DNA of 63,454 bases, the filler included, from Octopus bimaculoides (lineage: Eukaryota): the NCBI RefSeq assembly GCF_001194135.2. It is 9 parts of 8 records of this genome, joined end to end, with 100 filler letters (N's around TTAATTAATTAA, not from the genome) between each part and the next. Parts side by side here need not be neighbours in the genome. Positions count along the whole stretch, not along the records: positions 26,286 to 31,099 come from NC_068983.1; positions 31,200 to 36,778 come from NC_068985.1; positions 36,879 to 39,089 come from NC_068984.1; positions 39,190 to 45,936 come from NC_068986.1; 5 more parts are not named here. One strand, given 5' to 3'. Below, piece by piece: positions 26,402 through 39,635 of this stretch. Below the pieces are notes generated by a model. The model worked only from the letters and a program-made list of their open reading frames with translations. It ran no database searches and was not told the DNA's origin. A program made the position numbers and the translations under genes. The first letter of the stretch is position 1; every line of letters starts with the position of its first letter.

Positions 26402-26570
26402 ACACACACTAACAAAATGACTTCTCATACACTACACTTTCTGTGTTGTACACCCCATGTGTGTGTGCGTGTTTGATAGGGTATACAACACAGAACGTGT
26501 AGTGTGTATGAGAAGTTGTTTTGTTCGTGTGTGTGAACGGAGAGAGAGAGAGAGAGAGAGAGAGAAAGAA

Positions 26571-26601
<31 letters not shown>

Positions 26602-27126
26602 AGGAGAGAGAGAGAGAGAGAAGGAGAGAGAGAGAAGGAGAGAGAGAGGAGAGAGAGAGAGAAGGAGAGAGAGAGAGAGAAGGAGAGAGAGAGAGAAGGA
26701 GAGAGAGAGAGANNNNNNNNNNNNNNNNNNNNNNNNNNNNNNNNNNNNNNNNNNNNNNNNNNNNNNNNNNNNNNNNNNNNNNNNNNNNNNNNNNNNNNNN
26801 NNNNNNNNNNNNNNNNNNNNNNNNNNNNNNNNNNNNNNNNNNNNNNNNNNNNNNNNNNNNNNNNNNNNNNNNNNNNNNNNNNNNNNNNNNNNNNNNNNNN
26901 NNNNNNNNNNNNNNNNNNNNNNNNNNNNNNNNNNNNNNNNNNNNNNNNNNNNNNNNNNNNNNNNNNNNNNNNNNNNNNNNNNNNNNNNNNNNNNNNNNNN
27001 NNNNNNNNNNNNNNNNNNNNNNNNNNNNNNNNNNNNNNNNNNNNNNNNNNNNNNNNNNNNNNNNNNNNNNNNNNNNNNNNNNNNNNNNNNNNNNNNNNNN
27101 NNNNNNNNNNNNNNNNNNNNNNNNNN

Positions 27127-27184
27127 AATATACAGGGATTAGCATTGAGTTGCTTCTCCAACATACTGCTAATCCCTGTATATT
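27127..27184. other. 58-nt near-perfect hairpin (pre-miRNA-like or MITE remnant)
   Basis: Perfect 18-bp inverted repeat AATATACAGGGATTAGCA / TGCTAATCCCTGTATATT, extended to a ~30-bp stem with 2 mismatches, one G:U pair and a 6-nt loop. Confidence 0.5.
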
Positions 27185-27287
27185 TATGATGATAAATGGT
27201 TTTACCGATAAAGGTTTTTTCATACTGAACTACTTGGCAAAATTGTTAATTCTATTATTAATTGACGATTCCCTGCCCTTATTCTTG

Positions 27288-27318
<31 letters not shown>

Positions 27319-27478
27319 CGACGGGCTTCCTTCAGTTTTCGACTACCAAATGCACTCACAAGGCTTTGGTCGGCCTGAGGCTATAATAAAAGACACTTGC
27401 CCAAGGTGCCATGCAATGGGACTGAACCCGGAACCATGTGGTTGGTAAGCAACCTACTTACCACACAGCCACTCCTGT
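27319..27478 (-). mobile_element. SINE family C copy
   Basis: Near-identical to 18555-18710. Confidence 0.8.
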
Positions 27479-27571
27479 CCATAATGTTTTTTAATGTAAA
27501 CCCTTGTGGTTAATAAAGGAATCCTCCTCCTCCTCCTCATCATCATCATCATCATCATTATTATCATCATA

Positions 27572-27800
27572 CCGAAAAGATGAAAGACAAAGTCGACCTC
27601 GGCGGAATTTGAAACTAATAGTAACAATGATTTCTGTATATTATAAATGAAGAAATCATTATTAGTTTCAAGCTCCGCCGAGGTCGACTTTGCCTTTCAT
27701 CCTTTCGGGGTCGTTTAAATACGTACCAGTTATACACTGACCTCGATGTAATTGACTTACCCGCTCCCCCCAAATTTCAGACCTTGGGCCTATAAAAGAA
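27572..27800. mobile_element. Family A SINE with inverted partial duplication (foldback)
   Basis: GAAAAGATGAAAGACAAAGTCGACCTCGGCGGAATTTGAAACTAATA...AATGATTTCT is inverted relative to AGAAATCATTATTAGTTTCAAGCTCCGCCGAGGTCGACTTTGCCTTTCATCCTTTC. Confidence 0.8.
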
Positions 27801-27963
27801 AGGATTATTATTATTATTATTATTATTAGTTTTTCTTTTTTCACTTTAAATCTATTTCTTTCTGACTGTCTTCCCAATACCTAGGGCAAAAAAACTAACT
27901 GTATACATTGATAGGCTATTAGAATAAACACTCTAGATTGTTCATTTATAAAATCTCGTAGTT

Positions 27964-27997
<34 letters not shown>

Positions 27998-28357
27998 ACG
28001 TCGTCGTCGTCGTCGTCGTCGTCGTCTTCCTCATGTGTTGCATCGTATTTCTGAAATTCTGAGAATGTTGTTCTCTGACACTACTTACACACACAGCAGT
28101 ACTCCATTTTCAAGTTGGTAGAAGCATTAGCGCATCGGAGGGAAAGAAATACTATACAGCATTCGTCCTTTATGTTCTGAGTTCAAATTCCGGAGGGGTT
28201 CACGTCATTTTTCATCCCACTATGATCGACAAAATTAAGTACCAATCAAATACTGTGTTCGATGGTATTGGAAATTCCCCTCCCCTACCAGCCTTGTACC
28301 TAAATCAGAGACCGTTGTTTACATTTACTCATACGCAGTCATTTATATACAAACATA

Positions 28358-28530
28358 GGTGAGGCTGCGTGGTAAGAAGTTTGCTTCTTAGCCACATGGT
28401 TCTGGATTCAATCCCACTGCGTGGCACATTAGGAAAGTGTTTTTTACTATAGCGTCGGGCCGACCAAAACCTCGTGAGTGGATTTGGTAGATGGAAACTG
28501 ATTTGATAGATGGAAGCCTGTCGTGTACAT
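28358..28530 (+). mobile_element. SINE family C copy
   Basis: GGTGAGGCTGCGTGGTAAGAAGTTTGC...CACATGGTTCTGG...GAGTGGATTTGGTAGATGGAAACTG. Confidence 0.75.
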
Positions 28531-28602
28531 ATAATAATGATAATAATAATAACAACAACAACAGAAACAACAACAACAACAATAACAATAATAATAATAA
28601 AA

Positions 28603-28649
<47 letters not shown>

Positions 28650-29359
28650 GATTATTACTATAAGTAACAACAAAAGAATGGGACCTCGATATTAGTTTAA
28701 TAGAGGATTATTTATATATGTTATAATTTAGAACAAACAGTGAGAAGTTGTCATTATAGTTCTAACATCTTGAGAACTGCTGTTGGCTTGTTTACATCCC
28801 ACTAACTTAACGGTTCAACTAAAGAGACTAATAGAATAAGTAAGAGACTTAAAAAATGTAAGCACTAGAGTCAATTTGTTAGACTAAAACCCTTCAGTGC
28901 TCCAGCATGACTGCAGTCCAACAGCTGAAACAAGTAAAAAGTAGAAGTTAAATATTGCACATTAAGTATTGATTTTATACACATACATCAAACACTTGCT
29001 TGGACATAGACATTGATACGTATACGTATATAAGGAAAATAGACCAAGTCTTAAGGGTAGTGCTTCTCAACCGGAGTCCATATGGCCCCTGAGGATCCTT
29101 ATAAGATTTTTGGTGGCCTACAAAACAAAATAGTAAATTGGGGATCCACAATAGTTTTTTAAAAGGCTCCTGAAAAATAGCAACTAAAAAAAACATAAGA
29201 ATATAGTGAAACCAGAGGAAGAAACCTGGGACGGATCTAAAAGAACTAACTGTAAAGTGTGAATCTTAAACAATAATAACAAGCAAAAACACGCGAAATA
29301 AGATATAGTTAAAACCAATAGAAAAAAATAATAGCAAAAGAAATTATAAGCAGGACATT

Positions 29360-30480
29360 AGGAATGGGGGGAAAAAAACCCTTCAGAAAAAGAAATACAC
29401 TGAATATTGATGATGCTAACGTGGATAATAATATCAACTCTGAACAGAAGCACCACGATAGAATGAAATGCTCTAACATTGCTAAACCAACTCCTTATAA
29501 TAATAGAAACTTCCAATGTAGTAATAATTTGAGGACGCCATTGTGGTATAATGTAGTATTTGATAGGCAAATAACTTCCAACATTCTGAGGAAATTTTTC
29601 GCTGAAATTGATAAACGCAATTGAGTAAGTACCATGAAACATTTAATGGGTACAATATCAGACTGGCATTCTCTACAAGCAACAAGTAAGCACAATACAT
29701 AGCAGCGCACAATATTAGGAGACTGTCTGAATTTCAGAGAGCTAAAGAAAGCAATAAGGTAGCTAGTGGGAATGATTTTAATAGCAATATTCCTAATGGT
29801 AGCAACCAGGATCATAGGGCCGAAAAGTTAAACAGCCAATAGGAATGGGCCCTGAATATTACGACTGAATACAATAGTAGGGAACACTGTACCTGAACGG
29901 AGGGAAGTAGTGTAGGGGAAGTAACTCACAATTCCTACACAAACCGGACCAGGTATAAGGAATCACTAGAAATGATAGCCTGGAAACCTGAGACGGTAGC
30001 CGCAATATAAACAATAATAGATCAATAGATACACAAACAAAGAGAATATTTAGTTCGAATCCCATTAGTATAGGTAGAACTAATAAGGAAAGAAATTTCT
30101 GTAATTGTAGTAAAAATAAGATTTGTCCTTTAAATACAGAGTGTATGAGGAAAAGCTTAATATACCGATGTGAGAGGGAAATCCTACTTTTACATCGGTG
30201 CGATCTCGAAAAACTTCAAATCGAGACTGGAAAACCATTTAAGTTCGTTAAGGATAGAATTAAAAGGCACAACACTAGCTTGAGTAAGTTCGTCTGGTCC
30301 ATTAAGGATAAAAACGATAGCTTTAGTACAGAATGAGGAAAAAATTAGCACAGCTGCACCTTATTTTACAGGAGGTAAAAATGCATCTTGTGCATAGAGG
30401 CAATTTACCAGATTTTTACATCGGAACACCAACTGCTTAACGGCAGACTTCAACAGGCCTTGAGATGTCCGCACCTGAAT
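29360..30480 (+). mobile_element. Penelope-like retroelement remnant (RT C-terminus and GIY-YIG endonuclease), interrupted
   Basis: RTPLWYNVVFDRQITSNILRKFFAEIDK resembles the PLE 'ILWFNPP...NIGRKF' motif. HNTSLSKFVWSIKDKN...APYFTGGK.CILC resembles the PLE GIY-YIG C-terminus. Confidence 0.65.
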
Positions 30481-30855
30481 GGGAAAAAATTTAAATACTT
30501 CTATGTAAGTGATAGATAAGACTTTATCCTCTAAACAACGAGGAGGTGCTAGAATTTAAGTTGTAAATGTTAGGACAATATCTAGTTTAACTTTCAACTA
30601 GTTATCAATATTCTTACCGGCGAGAAAATATCTTTTTTTGTAAATCACAGCAACACATGTAGGGCATAGTAACTTTCATATAATCTAAATCTCAATTATC
30701 AAGTGCATCTTTCATATGGGCATCTTAAGGAAGCTTTTTATACCATAGATTTATAATTTAATCTAACAGAATTTCTTCAGTTAATATAATTAAACTTAAA
30801 TTACTTTTAGTTAATTTCTTTTAATACATAGATGAAGTTGTATTAAGACTCTAAG

Positions 30856-30884
<29 letters not shown>

Positions 30885-30886
<2 letters not shown>

Positions 30887-31099
30887 TTCCTCCATCTTTC
30901 TATCTATACCTCTGTCCTGGCCTCTACTTCACTGCTATACCCTTCTGTCCCTTCCTCCTTGTTCCACTTCCTCCCTCCACCATCCTCTCTATCTATTTAT
31001 CTATCTGTCTTCCTCTATCTTCCTATCTACCCTCTGTCCTGGCCTCTACTTCACTGCTTCTGTCCCTTCCTCCTTGTTCCACTTCCTCCCTCCACCATC
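30885..31099 (+). repeat. Pyrimidine-rich ~120-bp tandem duplication
   Basis: CTCTGTCCTGGCCTCTACTTCACTGCT...CCACTTCCTCCCTCCACCATC occurs twice and runs into a gap. Confidence 0.85.
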
Positions 31100-31199
31100 N
31101 NNNNNNNNNNNNNNNNNNNNNNNNNNNNNNNNNNNNNNNNNNNTTAATTAATTAANNNNNNNNNNNNNNNNNNNNNNNNNNNNNNNNNNNNNNNNNNNN

Positions 31200-31250
<51 letters not shown>

Positions 31251-31348
31251 CATACATATATATATATATATATTTCCTGTGGGCTGTTCAAACAATGATT
31301 TTTTAACGTAATATATTTATCAGGAGCATAACATAATCTTAATCATCA

Positions 31349-31384
<36 letters not shown>

Positions 31385-32202
31385 TTCATAATCATCATCA
31401 TCATCATCATCCCCACCATCATCATCACTAGAATCATCATCAGCAACAGCAGCAGTAGCAGTAGCAGCAGTAGCAGCAGCAGCAATATCGTCAACTTCAT
31501 TTTTGTCTTCATCATACATTGCAAAAATATATAAAAACACTGCTGTATTTCTCGAAGAAAATACTGAAAGGAAAACTAAAAGTCTGGCTGGAATGACTTA
31601 CAGTGAAGTGATGTATTGTTGTGTAAGAAAAGTGAAGCATATCTCTTCTTAAAATACAGGCAAGATTTGCCTCAATAATTATACAAGTAAAAAGGAAAAC
31701 ACGATGCAATGTAGACAAACAGAAAACAAACCGAAAGAAAACGAAATGAAATTTGATAGAAGACTTTCTTTACCTTATTGGCACGTCAAATAAGGAGATA
31801 CGCGAAACCTTAGATTATCTCCCTTTCTCGAGAGAAGTTGGTTTGAATTGCCAGCTGGTAATTAAGAAACATTATCTAAAGGAGGAAATAATTTTCATAA
31901 AGCAAGACTTTGTTTTATAGTATTTGATATACCTCTATTCGGTATGTGTTTCTTTTATCTTTTAGTCAGTATGGAAAGCAGTACCCATGTCTCTTTATAG
32001 GGCCTCCAAGACTGGGGAGAGGTAAGGTTGAATGTTTCCTCAAACTGGATAGAGGGTCCGAATGCTAGCAAAAGACATGGCTCAAATTAGTTTTTTTTTT
32101 AAATTTTCTAATGTATATTTTCGATTATTTGTCTATTGATAATACCTGGCAATATGCTACATAGTTAAACAAGTATCAATTACTTTTATTATTATTGTTG
32201 TT

Positions 32203-32318
<116 letters not shown>

Positions 32319-35300
32319 GGCTTAAGGCGGCGACGTTACCGTGCCGGACAAAATGCATAGCGGTATTTCTTCCAGATAAAAGTTCTGATTTCAAATTCCT
32401 CCAAAATCTACTTGCCCTTTCCTCCATTTCGGATCGATAACAATATAAGTCAAGTATCGAAGTCGATGTAATCGTCTGAGCCTCACCACCTAAAATTGCT
32501 GGGCTTGTTACGAAATTCGAAAACATTATTATTATCATTCTCGTTATCATCATAATTATTATTGATAATAATCTATTCATTATTGGTCATCCTATTCGAA
32601 ATTACAGCAGCTGGACATAGACACATTTTTAGTAAAGCTCCAAAATTGAACTTGTTTGTACACAACTGTTTCATAAATGTTCGTGTATATTCAACAAACT
32701 CAGCCAGAGTAACTTCCATAAATATAAATTTCATTCGGAAAGGCAGTGTAGTACTGCTATGTTAAAGATTTTTCTAGGTTGCCCATAGACACAATTTCCT
32801 ATGTCCTCTACAATATATTGTTTAGTCAGATTCCCCGAAACACAACGTCACCCTGAAAATACTGTGTTGCCTATAAATCCGCTAAGGAATGCTAGCTTTC
32901 ACCTCCCACACGGAATGTCTCCCGACTGATAAATGAATGAGACACTCTGACAACTTTTAGACATGAGATGCCTATTATTAATTTACATTTGGCTCATACC
33001 GCCGCTCCCTGGGCCTCACGAGCTATGTGTGTGAGTGCATGTTACAAAAGGCGATTGAAAGACCAAACATCGCAACATTAGCTCACACCTACATATTTTC
33101 TTAATTCTATATGGTGTAGATTTTGTAACATATAAACATTACAGAAAAGCGGAATTACAGACATTCTACCTTTGTCCGTTACTGTTCATGAGAAGGTACA
33201 TCAGTCAGGGGATAATGAATCGCACAGCGGATTCCAGCACCAGCAACTCTGTCTCATCATTGTCTTATCATTAATGGATCGTTTACTCTCTACCGCTTTC
33301 AGAATGACCCTCACTTTATTGCAGCTAACCTCAACCTAGTTCTTATTGATCTAGAAGCCTGAATCGAAACAGAACTCTAGCATCTACCCTGCTATAAACG
33401 ATAATCGGAAGACGCGACACGGCGTATATATATATATATATATNNNNNNNNNNNNNNNNNNNNNNNNNNNNNNNNNNNNNNNNNNNNNNNNNNNNNNNNN
33501 NNNNNNNNNNNNNNNNNNNNNNNNNNNNNNNNNNNNNNNNNNNNNNNNNNNNNNNNNNNNNNNNNNNNNNNNNNNNNNNNNNNNNNNNNNNNNNNNNNNN
33601 NNNNNNNNNNNNNNNNNNNNNNNNNNNAGGTTAATTCTTCAGTATTGTGAAGACTTACCTCCCCTGTTTCTATTTTGTTTCTATGGGTAGTTTTCCAAAC
33701 AGAAAAACGTAAATGCAATGAGGAGACCAAATCTTTGTAGCCAAAATTCCAATATCAAGTAGTTTCACTAATTAGTTCCTCGCTGGTAGACAGATTAAAT
33801 TCCTCTTTACATTCAAACGATGGACATTGAAAAGCTGACTGAAATTGGTCTCTTCAAATCGCAGTTGTCAAACATCAATATTCGGTCCTATTGAACGTTT
33901 CAGCCTGATGCAAATGGATCAGCGGATAGTAAAATCTTGACTATCTCTACGATATTCCTAAATCAACAATATCGTTGATGGATATGTCATACGCTATAGA
34001 AGGTTTACGTATTACCTATTTTAAGAGGAACGCAGCCAAAAGGATCCACTCTGTGGCTAACAGTGGTATGGCATTTTGTTGAGAAGGTTATTGTGTAGAT
34101 TTTGTCTTGTGTGAGATGCATCACAGCATTTGGAATTGATTGTGATGACTATGTGTAATAGTACTTGTGTTACGATATAGGGCGTTATTTGTGAAAAATA
34201 TGTTTTAGACTCAAGCTGGGATTGTATGGATTGTATGTAGTGAATCTTGTGTTATAGAATTAGAGGGTTGGAATATTTATGTAAAATATTGGTGTATAAA
34301 TGATATAATAGTACTGATAGGTAACTGACGAAATAACAACATAATAATCGTCTAGAATATGAGTTTAATAAGCTGTATTATATTGCAAATATGCAAAATA
34401 TATATTCCGCAGTTATTACTAGAGTATAGGGTTAACATGGTTTATGAGAGGGAGGCTTCGTAACTTAAGTGGCAGAGTGTAAATGCCACTGGTAGAATCA
34501 GCGCCATATTAGTTTTATATGATATTTCATGTTTAGTCCCTGATGTATTTTTGTGTTTTATATATTGTTTTTTTTAATTATACGGAATGGACTAATTAAT
34601 ATCTGGATTGATTTCACAGCAATATTCATTTTTATATGACACGATTTCTTGTCACTTCATAGAAATCGAAGTTCATTTTAATGTATCTGTTACAATGTAT
34701 TCTTGGATAATTTTTCGTTGTTTTTGTTTTCCTCTGTGATTTTATGTAATATATTAAAGTCTCAGTTGCTTTTTTAATTTATTGGACGTTGGTAGCACTG
34801 TCGTACGTTTCGTTACGGAATTAATAAATCATTGTGTAGAATCTGTGCAGTACTTAGTAGAAATACATTTTCAAGTATACCAAATGCTTTGAGCACTGCA
34901 AATATATTTATGTTGTCGTTGTTTAAAACAACAGTGCATATAAGTTTGAGAACATTCAAACAAATGTAACTAATTTACCTGCCATCCTTTCCATTCTATA
35001 TTCTATCCCGTTTGACATATTTCAAATTCCTTCAGCTCGTTATTTTCATATGACTTCCGGCTTATATATATATATATATATATATNNNNNNNNNNNNNNN
35101 NNNNNNNNNNNNNNNNNNNNNNNNNNNNNNNNNNNNNNNNNNNNNNNNNNNNNNNNNNNNNNNNNNNNNNNNNNNNNNNNNNNNNNNNNNNNNNNNNNNN
35201 NNNNNNNNNNNNNNNNNNNNNNNNNNNNNNNNNNNNNNNNNNNNNNNNNNNNNNNNNNNNNNNNNNNNNNNNNNNNNNNNNNNNNNNNNNNNNNNNNNNN

Positions 35301-35782
35301 NNNNNNNNNNNNNNNNNNNNNNNNNNNNNNNNNNNNNNNNNNNNNNNNNNNNNNNNNNNNNNNNNNNNNNNNNNNNNNNNNNNNNNNNNNNNNNNNNNNN
35401 NNNNNNNNNNNNNNNNNNNNNATATATATATGCATACATAGGAATAACATTGTTTTGTGTCTGAGCTGGTGTGAATACGTATCCTTTTCCACGCATAGAT
35501 GATTAGTTTATCTCAATAGAGGTCAGTGTCATTCAGCGCACAATCGAAATATCTTTTTCTTCGCATGTATTCCCTGGCATTATCTTCAGACCCCATCATC
35601 TCCGATAAGTGTCTTCCTTTGAATTCCTCAAACGATATTTTCGTCCTAATAGCTTCGAATTTTTCAGTCGCTCATAAACTTCTATATTTTTCATTATATA
35701 CGTGTGCGTATGTGTGTGACTGTGTGTGCGTGTATGTATATACACACATACACACAGGCACTCACACACACATATATACATT

Positions 35783-35823
<41 letters not shown>

Positions 35824-36586
35824 NNNNNNNNNNNNNNNNNNNNNNNNNNNNNNNNNNNNNNNNNNNNNNNNNNNNNNNNNNNNNNNNNNNNNNNNNNNNN
35901 NNNNNNNNNNNNNNNNNNNNNNNNNNNNNNNNNNNNNNNNNNNNNNNNNNNNNNNGTATATATATTTATATATATTTATACATATAAATATATATATATA
36001 TACGTAGATAGATAGATACATGTACGTTAATGCATGCTTATAAATGAGTGTTTATTTACATATCTTTGATAAAACCGGTAGTCGGAATCTTTTTTTTTTT
36101 CTTTTGTTATTATTTATTCATCATTATGTATGATTCATTTGCTAAAAGGAATTACAGTGTTTTATATATGAAACATGTATATGAGGCGTTACCTTTTAGA
36201 AATTATTCAGGTAGAGAATTAAACAATATGTTTTATCGAATTATATAATAATATGGATTGTTGAATTCCCTCTGATGAATTTCTAATACAGGATTCCTTA
36301 TATAACTATATAACATTTAAACTATTTAATTCTTCTTATTAACTGGAACATTTGTAATAGTGGTGAATAATGTCTCTTTTGTTACACAATATGTCTGGAA
36401 ACAATATTTTCAGAATGTTCAACTCTAATATGTGCTTACGGCAGCACTATAACATCAGCAACTACATACAGAATAAGCAAATGACATTCAAGAGGTAACA
36501 GCTGGTATTTTATCCTACCTAACTATATAATATATATTTTTATGTATATGAATATGTAAATGTGCATATACATACGTATATCTATC

Positions 36587-36624
<38 letters not shown>

Positions 36625-36937
36625 TATCTATCTATATATATATATATAACTTGACAATTGCAAGCACCTGTGTATGCCAGCTAGTGGTTGCGGTGAAAGA
36701 ATAAATTGTAAATCCCAAAAATAACAACAAAACTACAAAGGATTCCGCGGTACACGTGTTTCAAGCTTTTTGCGGCTGNNNNNNNNNNNNNNNNNNNNNN
36801 NNNNNNNNNNNNNNNNNNNNNNTTAATTAATTAANNNNNNNNNNNNNNNNNNNNNNNNNNNNNNNNNNNNNNNNNNNNATAATGTATGTATAGATGTATG
36901 CATGTATGTATGTGTAGTCCCCTCTTGACCCAAGCTA

Positions 36938-37855
36938 ATGTGGTGGTGGAACAATGTTGTTGACAGGGCCATTAAGGAAAAGAAACAGGCTTGGAAGAAC
37001 TGGAAGAATGGTGGTAGCAGGGAATTGTATCAGACTGCCAGAAGGGAAGCTAGGAGACAGGTTTATTTAGCCAGAAGGGAAGCAGATAAGAAAAAATTTG
37101 CCAATGTTCTGCACCGTGAGGACCAAAGACTTGAGGTATTTTGTGTTACAAAGCAGTGTGTGAGAGAGAATCGTGATGTCGTAGGAGAGAAATGTGTCCG
37201 CATGGATGATGGTTCACTTGCATTAAATAAGGCTGCAAAGAGAGTGGTTTGGTGACACCACTATGACAGGTAGCTAAATAAGGAGAATGAATGGGAAAAA
37301 GAGAGTCTGCCGAATGCCAACCCAACAGAAGAACCAACTATCCCAATTGACAGTTTCTTGGTAGATGAAGCATTTAAAGGTATGAAGACAGGGAAAGCCC
37401 CCAGCCCATCAGGAATCACCGCAGAGATGTTTAAAATATCGGCTATAGCCTAGTCACCCGTATAGTCAGCCAGGTGATACATGAAGGAGTCACACCCAAT
37501 GACTGGTGTCGCAGTACCATAGTCAACTGCTACAAAGGTAAAGGCAACGCTTTAGATACAAATAATGACAGAGGTATCAAGTTGTTGGATCAGGTAATGA
37601 AGGTCACGGAGAGGGTCATAGCCCAACTCATTAGGGAGAGGGTCAGTTTAGATGAGATGCAGTTTGGGTTCATGCTAGGGAAAAGCCCCACTGATGCTAT
37701 ATTTCTGGTAAGACAGCTGCAGGAGAAATACCTAGATAAAGATAAACCTCTGTACCTGACTTTTGTTGACATGGGAAAAGCCTTTGACAGGGTCCCCCGA
37801 TCCCTTATCTGGTGGTCAATGAGGAAACTAGGGATAGATGAATGGTTAGTGAGAG
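36938..37855 (+). mobile_element. RTE-clade LINE ORF2 fragment
   Basis: WWNNVVDRAIKEKKQAWKNWK..., GKAPSPSGITAEMFK, and PNDWCRSTIVNCYKGKG...RGIKLL...EMQFGFM...TDAIFLVRQLQEK...FVDMGKAFDRVP (RT domains 0-3). Confidence 0.9.
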
Positions 37856-37965
37856 TTGACAATGGTGTCAAACAGGGAGATATTCCTGCCCCTACACTTT
37901 TCTCTATTTATTTTGCTGCATTACTTTGGTATGCTTTCAAGGATTGCAACAGGGAAATCGGAATT
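37856..37965 (+). mobile_element. Short RTE/BovB-like RT fragment fused in frame to the preceding RTE
   Basis: VDNGVKQGDIPAPTLFSIYFAALLWYAFKDC resembles the GVKQGxxxAPTLF motif of BovB-type RTEs. Confidence 0.6.
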
Positions 37966-38637
37966 TTTCAGTTTGCTTAACATTTTATAAGTGTTAAAGG
38001 GATTAAAATTTCGATACTCTGTATCAAAGATTCCGACAAGAATAGGCAGAAAATCAGAGCTTGAGACAAGAAGACACTTTCAACCAATCAGAACTCTGTT
38101 TACATAATCATTTTAATTGGTCACCTTCTGTCACTTGAGTAAAGTGTCATCCATGCTGATCTTTATTGGTAATTAAACTTATTTTGCAATACTTGTGCGT
38201 ATTTATCAGCTTTGTTTTTCTTGATAAGAATTATCAACAGCTGTTCCTGTAATCATGATTTGAGAAGACAAACAGAAGTATGCTAAAGATCGGACGTAAA
38301 CTCTTGTGACCAAAGAATGTAAAATAAAGTTTATTATAAACACAAACACTTTGTAATTTAATAGCTTTCAATGTGATACCTGTTAGACAGAAATTATTTT
38401 TATTTAATGAAAATTTAATAAAATCTAATCATAGGTAAGTGAAATTATGCTAAGTACAACTAAATTGAAAATCTTTTTCCCCTGGGGATATTGGCAATTC
38501 TGAAAGCTTTTGGGTGCAAATTTTACGCGAGTAGAAGCTTTTTTTAACCATTTTTATCCTGAAAATCACCTGCGTAAATTACACAGGTGTGCAAATTACA
38601 CAAGTTTTTATAGTATATCAATAAATATGCATATATA

Positions 38638-38860
38638 TGTTCTTTTATTCTTTTACTTGTTTCAGTCATTTGACTGCAGCCATGCTGGAGCACCACCTTT
38701 AGTTAAACAAATTGACCTCAGGATTTATTCTTTGTAAACCTAGTACTTATTCTATCAGTCACTTTTGCCAAACTGCTAAGTTATGGGGATGTAAACACAC
38801 CAACATCAGTTGTCAAGAGATGGTAGGGGTACAAACACAGACACTCAAATACATATATAT
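38638..38860 (+). mobile_element. SINE family D copy
   Basis: CTTTTACTTGTTTCAGTCATTTGACTGCAGCCATGCTGGAGCACC...CTAGTACTTATTCTATC...GGGACAAACACAGAC-type core, also at 56485 and 59391. Confidence 0.8.
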
Positions 38861-38864
38861 ATAT

Positions 38865-39089
38865 GTGAAACATGGGCTGTAACTGCTGAGGACATACGTA
38901 AGCTCGCAAGGAATGAAGCCAGTATGCTCCGTTGGATGTGTAATGTCAATGTGAATACCCGTCAGAGTGTAAGTATCTTGAGAGAAAAGCTGAACATTAG
39001 AAGCATCAGTTGTGGCGTGCAAGAGAGACGATTGCGCTGGTATGGACATGTGGTGAGAATGGAGGAGGATAGCTGCGTGAAAAAGTGCC
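38865..39089 (+). mobile_element. RTE LINE ORF2 C-terminal fragment
   Basis: CETWAVTAEDIRKLARNEASMLRWMCNV...RRLRWYGHVVRMEEDSCVKKC, ending at a gap. Confidence 0.88.
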
Positions 39090-39189
39090 NNNNNNNNNNN
39101 NNNNNNNNNNNNNNNNNNNNNNNNNNNNNNNNNTTAATTAATTAANNNNNNNNNNNNNNNNNNNNNNNNNNNNNNNNNNNNNNNNNNNN

Positions 39190-39635
39190 ATGTCTGTTCA
39201 CATTGGTTGTTTAAATGTTCGTGGTCTGTTGTCTAGCTGGAAGCAAGGACGCTTCCTAAATGACATCAGGTCAAGAAAATTGGATGTGATTGTTGCAACG
39301 GAAACCCGAGTAAAGGGACCAAGAGATCTGTCCCCACTCCTGAACGGCTACGAGAAATACGTTTCTCCGAGTCGGGCGGGAGGTGGAGCGTTGGTCCTAC
39401 TAAAAAGAAACCGGGTAACCGAGAAAAAGTTGGGTTTTTTTCTGATCCAGAAGGCAGGCTAGTCGTTCTTGACATGACATTCAGTTGTGGCAAGATAATC
39501 AGGCTAGTTGCTATTTATGCACCCAATATTATGGGCCCGCAAAGTGAATATTTTCGTGACCTGGGCAAGTTCCTGGCCATGTCGCATTCGCTAGTATTGT
39601 TAGGAGACTTTAACACAATATGTGAGGCACTTATA
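39190..39635 (+). mobile_element. Tx1/L1-like apurinic endonuclease (APE) domain fragment
   Basis: IGCLNVRGL...DVIVATET, then after a frameshift DPEGRLVVLD...RLVAIYAPN...LVLLGDFN. Confidence 0.85.

Noticed and set aside
26457-27386. ER/RE-rich coiled-coil-like ORF
   Set aside because: It is a (GA)n microsatellite plus a 414-nt gap.
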